Source of the DNA: Octopus bimaculoides
Taxonomy: Eukaryota
Length of the DNA stretch: 64,000 nt
Direction of reading: 5' to 3'
Assembly: GCF_001194135.2 (NCBI RefSeq)
Contig: NC_068981.1
Location: 58,604,508-58,668,507, forward strand
Part shown: piece by piece, positions 25,436 through 39,542 of the stretch
Position numbering within the stretch: position 1 is the stretch's first letter
Layout of the letters: every line of letters starts with the position of its first letter
Program-made: the position numbers and the translations under genes
The notes under the pieces: generated by a model
The model's input: the letters and a program-made list of their open reading frames with translations, nothing else
What the model was told of the DNA's origin: nothing
Databases searched by the model: none

Positions 25436-25670
25436 TCATCATCATCATCGTTTAACGTCTGCTTTCCATGCTAGCATGGGCTGGACGATTTGACTGAGGA
25501 CTGGCAAACCAGATGGCTGCACCAGGCTCCAATCTGATCCGGCAGAGTTTCTACAGCTGGATGCCCTTCCTAACACCAACCACTCTGAGAATGTAGTGGG
25601 TGCTTTTACGTGCCACTGGCACAAGGGCTAGTCAAGCGGTACTGGCAACGGCTACGCTCAAAATGGTATA
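25436..25670 (-). mobile_element. SINE-like (GAT-tail family) copy
   Basis: Reverse complement of the 1-341 family. Confidence 0.85.
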
Positions 25671-25678
25671 TATACATA

Positions 25679-25740
<62 letters not shown>

Positions 25741-25925
25741 TGAAGGGGTACTGAAAACTTCCTGGCTTTGAGTATAAGAAAATACAAGAGGATCAGTTCA
25801 TTGTTATGATTTTATTCAACATATTCCTCTCTCAGATTTACACATTTATTGCAGCAATCCTTCAGTTTTTCGAAGCCCTGTAAAAGAACTTGAAAGGTTG
25901 GGCCTCCAACCAAGCCTTTTTCAAT
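25741..25925. mobile_element. Truncated mariner-type MITE
   Basis: Same left TIR and body as 28611-28829. Confidence 0.75.
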
Positions 25926-26435
25926 CAAGACTAATAATATTAAACAATTTCTTGTTATTGTATTGTTTCATTATATATTTTTAGCACATATTTTGGAAAA
26001 TTAGTGTTTAAAAATTTTGTTCAAATTTTGATAATGTTTTATATTATTTATTTGAAAGCAAATAGATTAATTTTATTACTTATCTCAAAAAGCAAAATGA
26101 AATTAAAAAATGATGTAAAAAATATATTTTCATTCGTGACCTAATGTGAATGATAATGCCACAAGAATGAGGGATGATCCCAAGGAAAATAAATTTTTCT
26201 TGAATATGAATGAAAAACATGGTGAAAATGATGTGAGCATAATGTTTGTAATATTAAATAACAAATTTAAAACATTGCAAAGTGATATATTTGTCAATTA
26301 TTTAGTTTAAAAATATACAGTATTTAAATGTCAAATTATTGAAGCAATTCAATGATACATGGCTAATTATGAATGATAAATACAAAATGTTGTATGTAAC
26401 TGTTGAATGTTGGTAATTTTTTATTTTAATCGTTC

Positions 26436-26561
26436 TTAGATGAGTTGAATCTCTTCTAGATAAAATTCTGAAATTTGCTTTCTCGGTAAATTATTGTGCT
26501 TTTTCAGAAGACATGTCAGAGGACCAAGTTGTTGACCAAGAACTGTAGAGACATCATAATC
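26436..26561 (-). CDS. SPIDR: SPIDR exon 21, terminal (DYDVSTVLGQQLG...LEEIQLI*)
   Basis: tctttag| then 41 codons and TAA; matches the SPIDR C-terminus. Confidence 0.92.
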   Translation of the reverse strand, partial: DYDVSTVLGQQLGPLTCLLKKHNNLPRKQISEFYLEEIQLI

Positions 26562-28956
26562 CTAAAGATAAAAAGAAATAAACAAAATAATTAAAATAAA
26601 CACAATTCATATGATGAAAATGGGATTGCCTCTCTAGTTTTTAGAATAATAATTTAAGTGTGCTCTAATGCCAATACTGCACCCTTTTGATCTAATGACC
26701 TTTTTGCAAAGCCTCTGAAACTGCTGGGGAAATGGAAGGAAAACAGAACTGGTTTGAATGCTTACAACAAAGAAAACTATACTAAAGATATCTGAGGGCT
26801 TCATTGATGGATTAAATATTCCACTTAATAATAGTTACAGTCCATCAGGTTGCTATGTGCACACTCTCTGTCAATCCAATTTACACTCATAAGGCTTTGG
26901 CCAACTCAAGGCTATAGTAGAAGACCCTTATCCATGTTGCAATGCAATGGGATCAAAACCAGCACCTTTTAATTGTAACGCAGATATCTTAACCACATGG
27001 GTATACCTTTAACCATAGTTGTTGAGAGTATAATTTGCAGAATGCAGGAACAAAATATCTTGATTTATACAAATTAATTACTGAAGCTTGACAAACAAAT
27101 ATAAAAACTGGTGCAATAGGTAAAGGGTAAACTATTTGGCAAGACTCTCAGTTATATAGGTTTAATTGCAAGTTGACTTATTTATTAGTTAGCTTTCACT
27201 TTGTGCCAACTGTATATAATTACTTTAATTTGATAACATCACTATTTCAAAACAATGGAATAATTATTAATGGTAAATAAGTGGAATATATTACTTACAT
27301 CACCAGAATTATTTCCTGGTAATAAACCTTCAATAGTTTTTTGTTGGAGCTAAAAGTAATAGGTAAAATAACAGAAATTTTAATCTTTACTAACAGCTGG
27401 AGTTACATTCAAAAGAGATTTCATTTTATGAAGGAAAAAAATTTGAGAAACAGTTAGATGGAAACAAAACCATGAGAAATTGCAGTCATATCTACCTCAA
27501 ATTATACCCTACCATCTTAAAGAAAAAAGGAAAACACATTGGATTATAAAGTGCTTCGTACACTGTATCTGAAAAAAAAAATGCTCAACTTGCTATAAAT
27601 AGTAGCCAAACTTCCCTCAAATAACACTTAACTGTATTAGGAAGTGAAAGGACATATTAGATAATGTAGTCCTAAACATACTGTAAAAGATAGGATAGCC
27701 CTGAGTGCAATATCTTTGATCATAAATCTGTTCAATCAGGGATGATCTGCAGCTAAACAACTATAACATTAAGGAAATAGTCTATTTTGGTTCAGGATCT
27801 TGTACATACCTGATTTGAAGCACTATGTTTGAAATTAAAGAAATAATATTTACATTCATGTTTTATCACTATAAATAATGATCAATAGGATACAATGAAG
27901 AGAAAAGCAGACTCTCTTTACACCTTTTCAGGAACATGAGGTAATCTCTCTGGTTCTATTGAACGAAGGAATGAACAGAGACAATGTAATGCATAGAGGA
28001 CTCTTGAGTCATGATTGGGATTAGACAACCTTTCTAGTGCAAGTGCTACAATAAAATGCACCTAATATACTCTGTAAAGTATATTGGATGCATTTTATTG
28101 TAGTGCTAGTTGCAAAGTAATTGATGACAGGAAGGGCATCCAGTCATAGAAACCATGTCCAAAATGTAAGTATGAGTGAGGTGTGATCCCTAAACCATCT
28201 AAGAAAGCAGTAACAGAAAATAAGTTTGGAAAAGTGGGTGTAAAAATAATAGTGGTGGCAGTGGTAGTGGTGCTGGTGATGATGATGATGTTGAAATGTT
28301 TAGTACCATGAAATGGAACACAGAAGTGCTAACACCTACATTGACTGTTACTTGATAGTTTCCAGGTAAAGCCAGACACCGAATTATTACCTCCATTGTT
28401 ATATGTGTTACAGTATCATCCACTCGGCAATTGCAAACAAAGCAAAAGAGCCAGCTGCAAGTAGAACAAAAAGTCAGTTGCAATTTATTTATTTAACAAA
28501 TAAAACCCCAAACTAAAAAACATTTAAATTTGTAGTTATATTGTTTCATTTGATGTTGTGTTTGAGAAAGTGGTTACACTAAAAAATAGAATTGACAATC
28601 ACCTTTTATGTATGAGGGGGTGCTGAAAAGTTCCTGGCTTTGGGTAAAAGAAGATACAGGAGGATCAGTTAATTATGATTATATTCAACATATTCCCCTC
28701 TCAGAATGACATACTTATTGCAGCAGTTGTTCAGTTTTTCTAAGCCCTGTAAAAAAACTTGGAAGGTTGGGCCTCCAACTAGGTCTTTCGTGATACCCTT
28801 AAAGCCAAGAACTTTTCAGCACTCCCTTGCCCAACCCTATGAGCATGAGGACAACTTAGAACAATGAGAACACAAGATATAAAAGATTTACAAACAACAA
28901 GCACATCAAGCATATACTTTCATCATCAGCTGCCTAAAAGATACCATTATGGTTTT

Positions 28957-28998
<42 letters not shown>

Positions 28999-31900
28999 TT
29001 CTACTATAGGTACAAGGCCTGAGATTTTGAGAGAGAGGGCAAATTGATTGCATTGCCCCCAGAGCTCAACTGTTACTTATTTTATCAACCCCAAAAGGCT
29101 GAAAGGCAAAGTTGACCACAATGGAATTTGAAATCAGAACATGAAGAGGAATGAAATGCTGCTAAGCATTTTGTCCAGTGTGCTAACAATTTTGCCAGCT
29201 CACTACCAGTGCACAGACACATAATGACATAACATTATAATAAGTGAAAAGAAAATCAATCACCTTTCTTCATTATTTTTCTTGAGAGCCAATTCTTCTT
29301 TATCACATTTTGGGCAGGTTTGCCAAATAACTGCTTTATCTTGGTCTATACTGTATATCACGCCTGTTGTTGCAATAGCAGTGTTACATTTCACTTTGCA
29401 ATTATATACAGAATGCAATGCATACATATCCTTAATACATTGATAGAAAATTTTAAAGCATTCTACAACAAATAAATTCAACACACTATATCTTGTGTTT
29501 TTATAAAGTGAAAGAGAATCCCACATCAGAGCATGTGCGTGCATGCATGTGTGTGTATAGGTGCAAGTATGGCTCTATGGATAAGAAGCCCACTTCCCAA
29601 CCATATCATCTCAGGTTCAGTCACACTGCTTGGCACTTTGGGCAAGTGTTTACTACAGCCCTGGGATGACCAAAGTCTTATGAGTGGATTTAGTAGATGG
29701 AAAGTGAAAGAAGTCAGTAAAATGTGTGTGTGTGTGTGTGTATGTATTTGGGGGTGGGGTATTTGTGTATCCTTGTTTTGACATCCTGTGATGATTGTAA
29801 ACAACCATCACCATCATACAAATGAGGTTGTTTGTTTCCTGTTTTCCATGAAAAATATGTCTGGCTATGGAGCAATATTACCTTGCTTGAAAACAAGTGA
29901 GTATTAGTGACAGGAATGGTATCCAGTCATAGAAAATCTACCTCAACAAATTCTGTGAGAGCCATGCAAGGATGGAAAAGTGGATATTAAATGATATATG
30001 TATAATGAATAAATATTATTACTTCTTATGACTACATTTCATGCTAAATAGTGTATATAAGCCTGTATTAGTAAATATATGTGTATCAATATATGTCCAT
30101 CTACATCATGATCAGTGCATGACTGAAGAAGAAAAATAGTGGTTCAACACCAAGTGAAGATCATATTGATGATAGACACTAGCAGGAAACTTCACTGCTT
30201 GCTATTCACTTTTGTAGTCTCCCTTTTGGAAGGGTGTCCTTTCTGTGAGCATGTCTTTACATGTCCCAGTTATAGCAGTGGCTACACATGAAGGATTGAG
30301 GTGTTCAGTACTCTAGATATATAATTTTTTTTTCATATTTCTTTCTTGATTCCTTACACATTGCTTGGAACTATAAAGTTCTTAGAGCAATCAACATTTC
30401 TACACCGTTTAGATCTTGCAACCTCATTGTTTGAAACAAACTGGAAGGAACTCATAAAGAAATAGGAAAAAAAAATTAAGAGAAAAGACAAAGCTAGAGC
30501 ATGTTTTAAACATATGTTTAAAAGAAAAGCTATTTTCCATATATAGAAACCTACAAAAACACACACACACACACACACACGTACCAGCTAAATAAGCATG
30601 TATGTGTCTATTTTCTTTTTCACTGAATTTTTTCAAGTATGTCAAAACCCTGTTTTGTTTTAGCATTTAAAAGCTTTTTTTGATTTTCCTAAAATACATA
30701 AGTATTAAATGAATAAACAAATATCTAAAAATATGCAAGCTATACAATGCAAGAAAAACTTACCTTGAACTTTGACCAAATTGTAAACATTTGAATCAAT
30801 CTTTAAATTTGGAAGTGACAATTTTATGCTCTGATATTTGTCAGCAATATCAATGTTAACATTTGTACTGAGTTGTTGGGTCACATGATCAGGCAAAGGC
30901 CAAGTCCATATTCGACTGAATCTGTCTACTATTGCAAAATTTTCTGAAAATAAACTTTATCACTTACAATATATTATAATTTAGATTAGAGAATTGGGAG
31001 AAACGAGTGTGTCAAATTAAATGCTTTCCATCGCTTTCTGAGTTCAAATCATGCTAGAATTGACTTCTCTATCATAACTCTTACATAATACCTGGTTGAT
31101 TCTATTAACTATACCACTCCCTTACAAAAGTTAGCCATGTACCATTAAATGACACCAATAATAAAAGTTTGATCACAAAAATGGTGAATACGACCAAAAT
31201 AACAGCGAATCAGAAAAAGTGTTTTACAGTAATTCTCCATTCATACTACATTTGAAATCTTGCTCACATCAACTTTTCCTTTCATATCTCCAGGATTAAA
31301 ATAAATACCAATAATATGCTTGAGTTAATTCAGCAAACTAGCTGTCTTCTTGAACAATCGGCTTCTGTATTATATTATACTGTATGGTAGAATGGTTAAG
31401 TTTGATGCAAGCTGGTTTAAAGTAAAAAGTTGAAATTCTACTACATAAAATGTGTTATTCTGCTCGTTTCTAAAATAAGCAGAATATGTACCTAATATGG
31501 CAGAATTTTAACTTTCAGCTATCAGTCAAAAAAAGAAGTATTTCTCTCGCTGAATAGATGAGAGATTAACATTTTAAAGAAACATCCTTATACAGTACTA
31601 TCCAAATCAGATTAAGCTCTTTGCTTAAATAAAAAGTTGTAAAGTCTGAAAAAAAGAAGTCTTTCCATTGGAGATAATTCTTTTTCCTGGCCAGTTCAAG
31701 AGTATTCCTAAATGATCAATTTCAAATTAATAATTTAGCCCTTTAGCCCAATGTTCAGCGAAATGAGGACTGAAGAATTGAAGTATTTCGGATTGCAAGA
31801 CAGTGTGTGAAAAAAACCGTGATTTCATAGGAGAGAAATGTGTCTGCATGGATGATGGTGCCCTTGCGTTTAATGATTCTGCAAAGAAAGAGGCTTGGAG

Positions 31901-34900
31901 ATGCCATTATGAAAGACTTCTGTATGTGGAAAATGAATGAGAGGAGGAACGTCTGCTGAAGGTTGACTCAATTGAGGGGGCCAACTACCCGAATCTACAG
32001 TACCCTAGTAGATAAAGCAATTAAGGATATGAAGACAAGGAAAGCCCCTGGCCCATCAGGAATCACCGCTGAGATGCTTAAAATAGCTGGCGGTGTGGGT
32101 TATGGTCTTGTCACCTGCATCGTAAACCAGGTAGTTCATGAAGGAGTCATACCCAATGACTGGTGTAGCAGCATCATAGTCAACTGCTACAAAGGTAAAG
32201 GTGATGTTTTAGATAGAAATAACTATAGGAGTATCAAATTATTGGATCAGGTGATGAAAGTTACAGAGAAGGTCATAGCCCAACTCATTAGGGAGAGAGT
32301 TAGCCTAGATGAGATGCAGTTTGGTTTTGTGCCAGGCAGAAGCACAATTGATGCTATATTTTTGGTAAGGCAACTGCAAGAGAAATATCTAGCCAAAGAT
32401 AAACCTCTGTACTTGGCTTTTGTTGACTTGGAGAAAGTCTTTGACAGAGTCCCTGAGTCCCTTATCTGGAAACTGGGGATAGATGAGCAGTTGGTAAGAG
32501 CTGTACAAACCCTGTACAGGGACGCTGTCAGTAAGGTGAGAGTTGGCAATAAGTATAGTGAAGAATTCCAGGTAGAAGTAGGGGTTCATCAAGGATTAGT
32601 CCTCAGCCTTCTCTTATTCATCATTGTCCTCTAGGCAATAACAGAGGAATTCAAGACAAGCTGCCCCTGGGAGTTCCTCTATGCTGATGACCTTGCTCTA
32701 ATAGCCGAGTTGCTGCTAAAACTAGAAACAAAGTTTAGAGTGTGGAAGCAAGGTTTAAAATCAAAGGGCCTTAGGGTTAACCTAGCAAAAACCAAAGTCT
32801 TAGTAAGTAGGAAGGCTGACAAATCACAAACCCCTACTTGATCTGTAGAAAAGGTGTGGGTAGAAACTCCATACGATGTACCTAGTGTAAGCTATGACCA
32901 CATAAAAGGTGCAGCAATATCAAAGGAAGGTTAACTGGGAAGATAGTTTTTCTTTGTGGCAGATGCACAGGGGCAATAAACATTAAAGATGTATAGAATG
33001 CAGATTCCATCACATGCCAAGAGGAAAAACTAGAAATAGTTGATAGCTTCCGCAACCTAGGCAACCAAGTCTATAGTGGGGATGGTTGCTCTGAGAGTGT
33101 AGCGGCTAGAATAAGAATAGCCCAGGCAAAGTTCAGGGAGCTCCTACTTCTGATGGCAACTAAGGGCTTCTCGTTCAGGATGGAAGGTAGACTGTATGAT
33201 GCATGTGTGTGAACTGCCATGCTACATGGCAGTGAAACATGGGCCATGACTGCTGAGGACATGCATAGGCTTGAAAAAAATGAAGCTAGTATGATCTGCT
33301 GGATGTGTAATGTCAGTGTGCATACACGACAGAGTGTGAGCACCCTAAGAAGCATCAAATGTAGTGTGCAAGAGAGATGACTGCACTGGTATGGATGAGG
33401 ATAGCTGTGTGAGGAAGTGCCACTCCCTAACTGTGGAAGAAACCTGTGGAAGAGGGAGACCCAGGAAAACATGGGATAAGGTGGTGAAGCATGACATTTG
33501 AACATTGAGCATCACAGAGGTAATGACAGGAGACCAAGACCCTTGGGGATATGCTGTGATTGAGAAGAACCGGCAACTAAAGTGAGATCGCAGCCATGGC
33601 CAATGCCATGGTGCATGTCCGGCCCATTAAAAAGTACCTTTGATGTGTCGGGTGATATGATATGCTTGAAAAGACCTGTTGAGTCAAGTAAAACCAAAAT
33701 TGTACCTGTGGCCAGTGCCCCCTAACTGGCTCCCATTCCAGTGGCATGTAAAATGTATCATCCAAACATGGTTGATGCCAGTACCCCTGACTGACTCCCA
33801 TGCTGGTGGCATGTAAAAAGCACCATCTGAATGTGGCCGATGCCAGTGCCCTCTGATTGGCTCCCATGCCGGTGACACGTTAAAAGCACCATCCGAACAT
33901 GGCTGTCGCCAGTGCTCCCTGACTGGTTCCTAAAAGAAAACCCATACTATTTGGTAATATGAAATGAAACAAGTATTTGAATGATTTTGTTTTTAGCTTG
34001 GATAATAAACAGCTCATAAGGAACTGCTGAAAATTTTGCAAAAGCATTTCTGTAATTATACAATTGTGATTTTTATGCTTATCAATCAATGATTTCTTAA
34101 CTGTTTCTCTATTGGTCATATCACATGAGAAATATATAAAAGAAAAAGAGAAAAGGAATTCATCCTCACTTGCATCTTTCAATATAACTTCCATACAATT
34201 GGCATCACTGATTCCTAATTTCTGTTTATAGTAAAAAAATGAATCAATACAAGACTAATAGATTTCACACTCAATTTTGGATTAATCAGGTGAATAAAAT
34301 GTGTATATTTTCTTTTTTTTTAACTAAGTTTTTTTCCTCTGTTACTTAGCCCATCTGTAATGCTTTCATGTGATTAGTTAAGGGAAAGACAAAGAGTGAA
34401 AGAAAAAAGAGAGAGAAAGAGAGGGTAAAGCAAAGAGGGAGAGTGTTGTGTATTAAATCTATAAACTTGTGTATAAAGTATATAAAGTGTATATATAAAG
34501 TGCATTAAGTAACCATCATATTTCAATTTCCTTCACTTTTCAATGATTAGCAGATGAATGACTATCTTTTGATACAGACACAATACATGTTATGCTTTCA
34601 GGATTTTTGGATAAAGTTTTCAGAAATAACCCAATAAGTTTACCATTAATTCCATGAAATATTCACGGGTCCTGCAAGTGAAATATTATTTCAGTTCATT
34701 TAATTAAATAAACTAAATAAATAAGGATGATTTCTTACTTACTTTGTTGAATTAGTACATCCTTGATAAGTACCACAGTAGATAGCTGACTAGGTAATAT
34801 GAAAGACTTTCGATAATGAATAGTAATATAGTTGAAACCTGGCACATCACTGCTTATACTTGAATCAGTAACATACAGTATTCCACTGCTATCAATGGAA

Positions 34901-37900
34901 CAACTATTCTGATCGGCCTCACACTGTAAAATACAGGCATGTACAAATTTGTACTATTTGCATCAGAAAAAAACAGATAAAAGGTTTGTTATAGTTTATA
35001 TTTTCATTACATTTCTGGGTTTTGAAAGAACTGATGATGAACAGAAATTAAATTGATTGAAATGTTGTGCAGATGTAAATATTGAAAATACTTCATCCCT
35101 AAAGATAAAGTTAATAAGATTATAAATTTTTAGAACTAAGTAATTACTTATTTAGACTTTAATGACTAAAATTAACTTTGAAATTATTTTTTTTTTATAT
35201 AAGTACATATATAATGTAATGAAGACAGTATTTTAAATACCAATTTTAATCTGGTTTTAAAGGTGTATTAAGTTCGATAGGAACATAATTTGGGCCCATG
35301 TGAAACCAATTGTTTTACCAATAGTGTAAAGCTTTTATAACAGCATTGATAATGATAGACTATGGTAGATGCACAATGTTAAAATGAATTTAGAGGAATA
35401 TTCATTTGAAAAGAATGAGAATGAAGTAAAGATAAATGTTTAAGAAGAGACAAATGATAATAAAAATGAAAAATCAGCAGAGGTAGAGAGACAAAAAGCT
35501 GTGTGTGTGTGAGTAATTGGATGTCTAACCTTTGACCAATTATAAACCAATTTTCCTATAAAAGTCAGTCTTTGACCAACATATTCATTAACCTGAAATA
35601 ATAAAATCCTTAGTTAATAAAGGAAAAATTACATTAAAAATACATCAAAATAACTGATTCAAAATATCAAAAACAAATACCATTAATACACAATAGGTGT
35701 TTTTTTTTTAGACACAGGAAACAATAAGTATATTAGCTAAAGGAAAAACATATGATGGTTGACTGATTATAGAACAGAAATGGTAAGCAATGAACAATTA
35801 GTGTAATAGCAGGTGGTGAGTCCGGATAAAAGCCAAATCAATGATCTAAAATGTTTAGAATTCAAATTTCTAAGTCACCTTTTGTTATGTTATAAATACA
35901 GTACTTATTCTACCAACAGTAATTAACATGTTTCAAAAAAAGTTTTCAGAAACTAAACTTAAATATAAGAATAATTGGGTGCGTTAGCATCTCAGTTAAG
36001 CAAACAACATAAATTTTAAGTACTGAAAGGGAAATTATAATACACATTTTCATAATTTTTTTAACTAAAAAATAAATCAGAAAAAAACAATTAGGTATTA
36101 GATATAAGAAACTGAATCCAATACCATATAGTTGGGAAACAAACTTCTTATAATGCCTGCATATATATCATCATCATCATCTCATTTAACATCTGCTTTC
36201 CATGCTGGCATAGGTTAGATGGTTTGACTGTAACTGGTAAGCCGGAGAGCCATCATCATCATCATCATCTTCATTTAACGTCCGCTTTCCCTGCTAGCAT
36301 GGGTTGGACGATTTGACTGAGGACTGGTGAACCAGGTGGCTACACCAGGCTCCAATCTGATTTGGCAGAGTTTCTACAGCTGGATGCCCTTCCTAATGCC
36401 AACCACTCCGAGAGTGTAGTGGGTGCTTTTACATGCCACTGGCACAAAGGCCAGTCAGGCAGTACTGGCAACAGCCACGCTCGAAATGGTGTATTTTACG
36501 TGCCTGTCCATGCTGGCATGGGTTGGACGGTGTGACCAGAGCTGGCAAGCTGGGAGTGGTTGCACCAGACTCAAGCCTGATTTCGTATGGATGCCCTCTC
36601 TAACACCAACCACTTTACAGAGTGTGCTGGATGCTTTTACGTGACACTTCACGGGCGCTTTCACATGTTGCCGCACAGGTGCTATTACGTGGCACCACAC
36701 AAGCACTTTTACATGACACTGCCAGGAGTGCTTTACAAAACCAGAAGGATTGCTCCTAACCCTTCTACTGTGGGGTACGGGTCTTCTTGAGTATAGCAAG
36801 GTGTCATCTTGCCAGAAAGGTTTCAGTGCCTTGAGGTCATTCTTCAGTACTTCATCACATGTCTTCATGGGTCTCCCACTTCTATGTGTTCCATCCACTT
36901 TGAGAGATAGGCACTTCTTTATGGAGCTATACATATATACATTACATATATACATTACATACATACATATATACACGCATACATATAAACATATATACAA
37001 GGTCTGATCAATAAGTATCCAAACTGTTGCCATAGTAACAAAGCTAAAGCACAGAGTGAACTTGCTTGGCAAAAGTTGACCTTGAACTCTGCTGTGCAAG
37101 TACACAGTTTTAACGTTCTAGCTCATTTCTGCTGTTTACAGCAGTGCTTGGAAGGAAGGTACGTAGCGTGTGATCGTCACATTGACCATGACAGAGAAAG
37201 TTGTCATGGCAATACCTGCTCAGAGGCCTACACAAAGTTGCAGAAAGTGTATGAGCTGCACACAAGTGTACAAGTGGTTCAGACGTTTCCAAGATGGCCG
37301 AAAAAATGTTGATATTGACGAACATTCTGGGAGACTCACAACCAGCAGAACTGAGAAAAACATCACAGATGTGTGTGCAATTGTGAGGGGAAATCATAGA
37401 ATCACCATCCGTAATTTATCACAGGATGTGCAGATTAGTTACAATTCAGGTCAGTCCTTTATCAGATTTGGGTACGAAATGCATGTCTGCCAAAACTGCT
37501 TTCAGCTGACCAAAAAGACACCCAGGTTTCAGTTGCACAAAATCTCTTTGAGTGGGTTGAGAGTAATGAAAACTTTTTCAAAGTTTGCATAGGCCTCTGA
37601 GCAGATATCGCCAAGCTTTTGGCAAAATTCGATGCAGATTCTCTGCTCAACTTTATCATAGTCAATGTGACGATCACATACTACACACCTTCCTTCCGAG
37701 TACTGCAGTAAACAGCAGAAGTGAACTAGAATGTTAAAACTTAGTGCACATGCACAGCAGAGTACAAGGCTAATCTATGTCAAGCGGCTTCACTCTGCAT
37801 GCTTTAGCTTCATTACAATGGCAAGTCTGGATACTTATTGATCAGACCATGTATATACACATAGACAAATATGTGTGTCTGTGTAATGTATAACGACTAT

Positions 37901-39511
37901 CAGAAAACTGCTTAGAGGGTAATTTTTCTATTAGTTTATAAAAATGAATTATATACTAATAAAATTAATTTTTATAAAAGTGGATGACAAACCTTTTGTT
38001 GGAAATCTTTCAGTGTAACTAAATCAAGTTTTGACATGGTCCAAGGTATTGTGACTGGAGCAGGTAAGTAGCCAGACTTTGTAAATGAAGTATCCTGTGG
38101 GCCAATTTCATAGCAAAATCCTGGAGTGTTCTGAAGATGACAGTTTAAATACATTGATATGACACTTTGACAATAGTGTGTGTTTGTGTGTGTACCCATA
38201 CGTGCATTCATGTGCATTTGTAGATAGATGCAAACATCTTGTCTTTGGATACAATATCTTCTAGACACAAAAATATTGGATCAGTCAAACTAGCTTCAAT
38301 CCTGTATTCAGGATTCCATTACTTTGACTGAAAACTCTCTTTAAGTCTCCACAGCGACATTGCTTATAAAATTACTATTACTAAGGGCTTAAGTAAACGG
38401 TAGTCTTTGCATGATGAATGGAGAGTGACAAAACTGTTCTGCATGTACTCATTCAATGCCAGAGGATTGTGCACTCATGAAGTTTTATTGAATAACTTTT
38501 GTTACACAAAGAACAGATTCAGCTATTAGCCAAATTCTTTGTGAAGATTGCCACACAACCTTCCTTTGCATGGGAAAGGAAAGCAGTTTTCTTGTCTGGT
38601 GGCTACATAAAAGAGATTGTATGGTGGATGTCACTGAAAGGAGTGAAGACAGACACTTTTATCTTTGGCCCTCACTAACTTTTTGGAGTGGAAGGTGAGG
38701 GTGGAGTTGGTGTTATCCTCCAGTACATTTGCTGAAAGGAAGTGAGATTGGTGAACAAAGCCTGGGTGAATGGGTTTACTTTCAGCATGTGCCTGTTGTA
38801 ATATAGTCTATCTAGCATGCTTTTATTTCACTCATCCAACACACTTTTTTGTAATTTTTCCTTGAATTCCTGTATCTGCCATTGTGAATCAGTTGAATGG
38901 TGCTTTCTGGTTCATGTGCATTAAATAAAATATATGCAGGTAATTTACAAACAACAAAATATCTTACTTTAGCAACAGATGTAACTTGAGTTTCCTGGTT
39001 TACTGTACAAACTACAATTTCATTTTCTGTTTCAGTAGGAATCTGTGGACAAACCCAGGTTGTATCAATAATTGAAAAAAGATCTGGTTCTCTAAAAAAC
39101 AAAATATATATGTAGTTAGTTAAATATATAGTTATCTATTTATCAATGATGAAATAACCAATGAATAGTTTCTATCAGATAGTGAACTGGTTCATACATA
39201 TACCAAAGATAAGTGAACACATAACTCATAATAAGTTAAAGCTATGTCATATGCATGGACATTGAACTTGTGGATGATACTGCATAAAGTAATAAGGCTT
39301 CAAACAGGCAGTTTATCATTTTAAACTACAGCAGATTATACTAAATATTACACTCTGCAAGATGGTTGATGTTAGGTAAAAATCCTACCAAAACAGTCAC
39401 ATACATTTGGTGCAGGCTTCTACCTGGCAGGCTCTTGTCAAACCATTCCATCTATACCAGCATGGAAGACGTTAAATGACGCTGACAGTGGCAGTAGCGC
39501 CACTGCCACCG

Positions 39512-39542
<31 letters not shown>

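Noticed and set aside
30358-30440. Exon-like segment in a SPIDR intron (ttccag|FVSNNEVARSKRC...|gtaagg)
   Set aside because: Phase 0->2 does not fit between exon 17 (ends phase 1) and exon 18 (starts phase 1), and 17+18 already give the conserved VQG|VIY.
31490-31549. REILLFLTDS* resembling SPIDR REIWLLVTD
   Set aside because: Immediate stop and wrong position; probably chance.
38812-38967. ORF continuation after SPIDR exon 13 (VRYFVVCKLPAY...)
   Set aside because: Strong donor at 38967, and the homologous sequence is supplied by exon 14.
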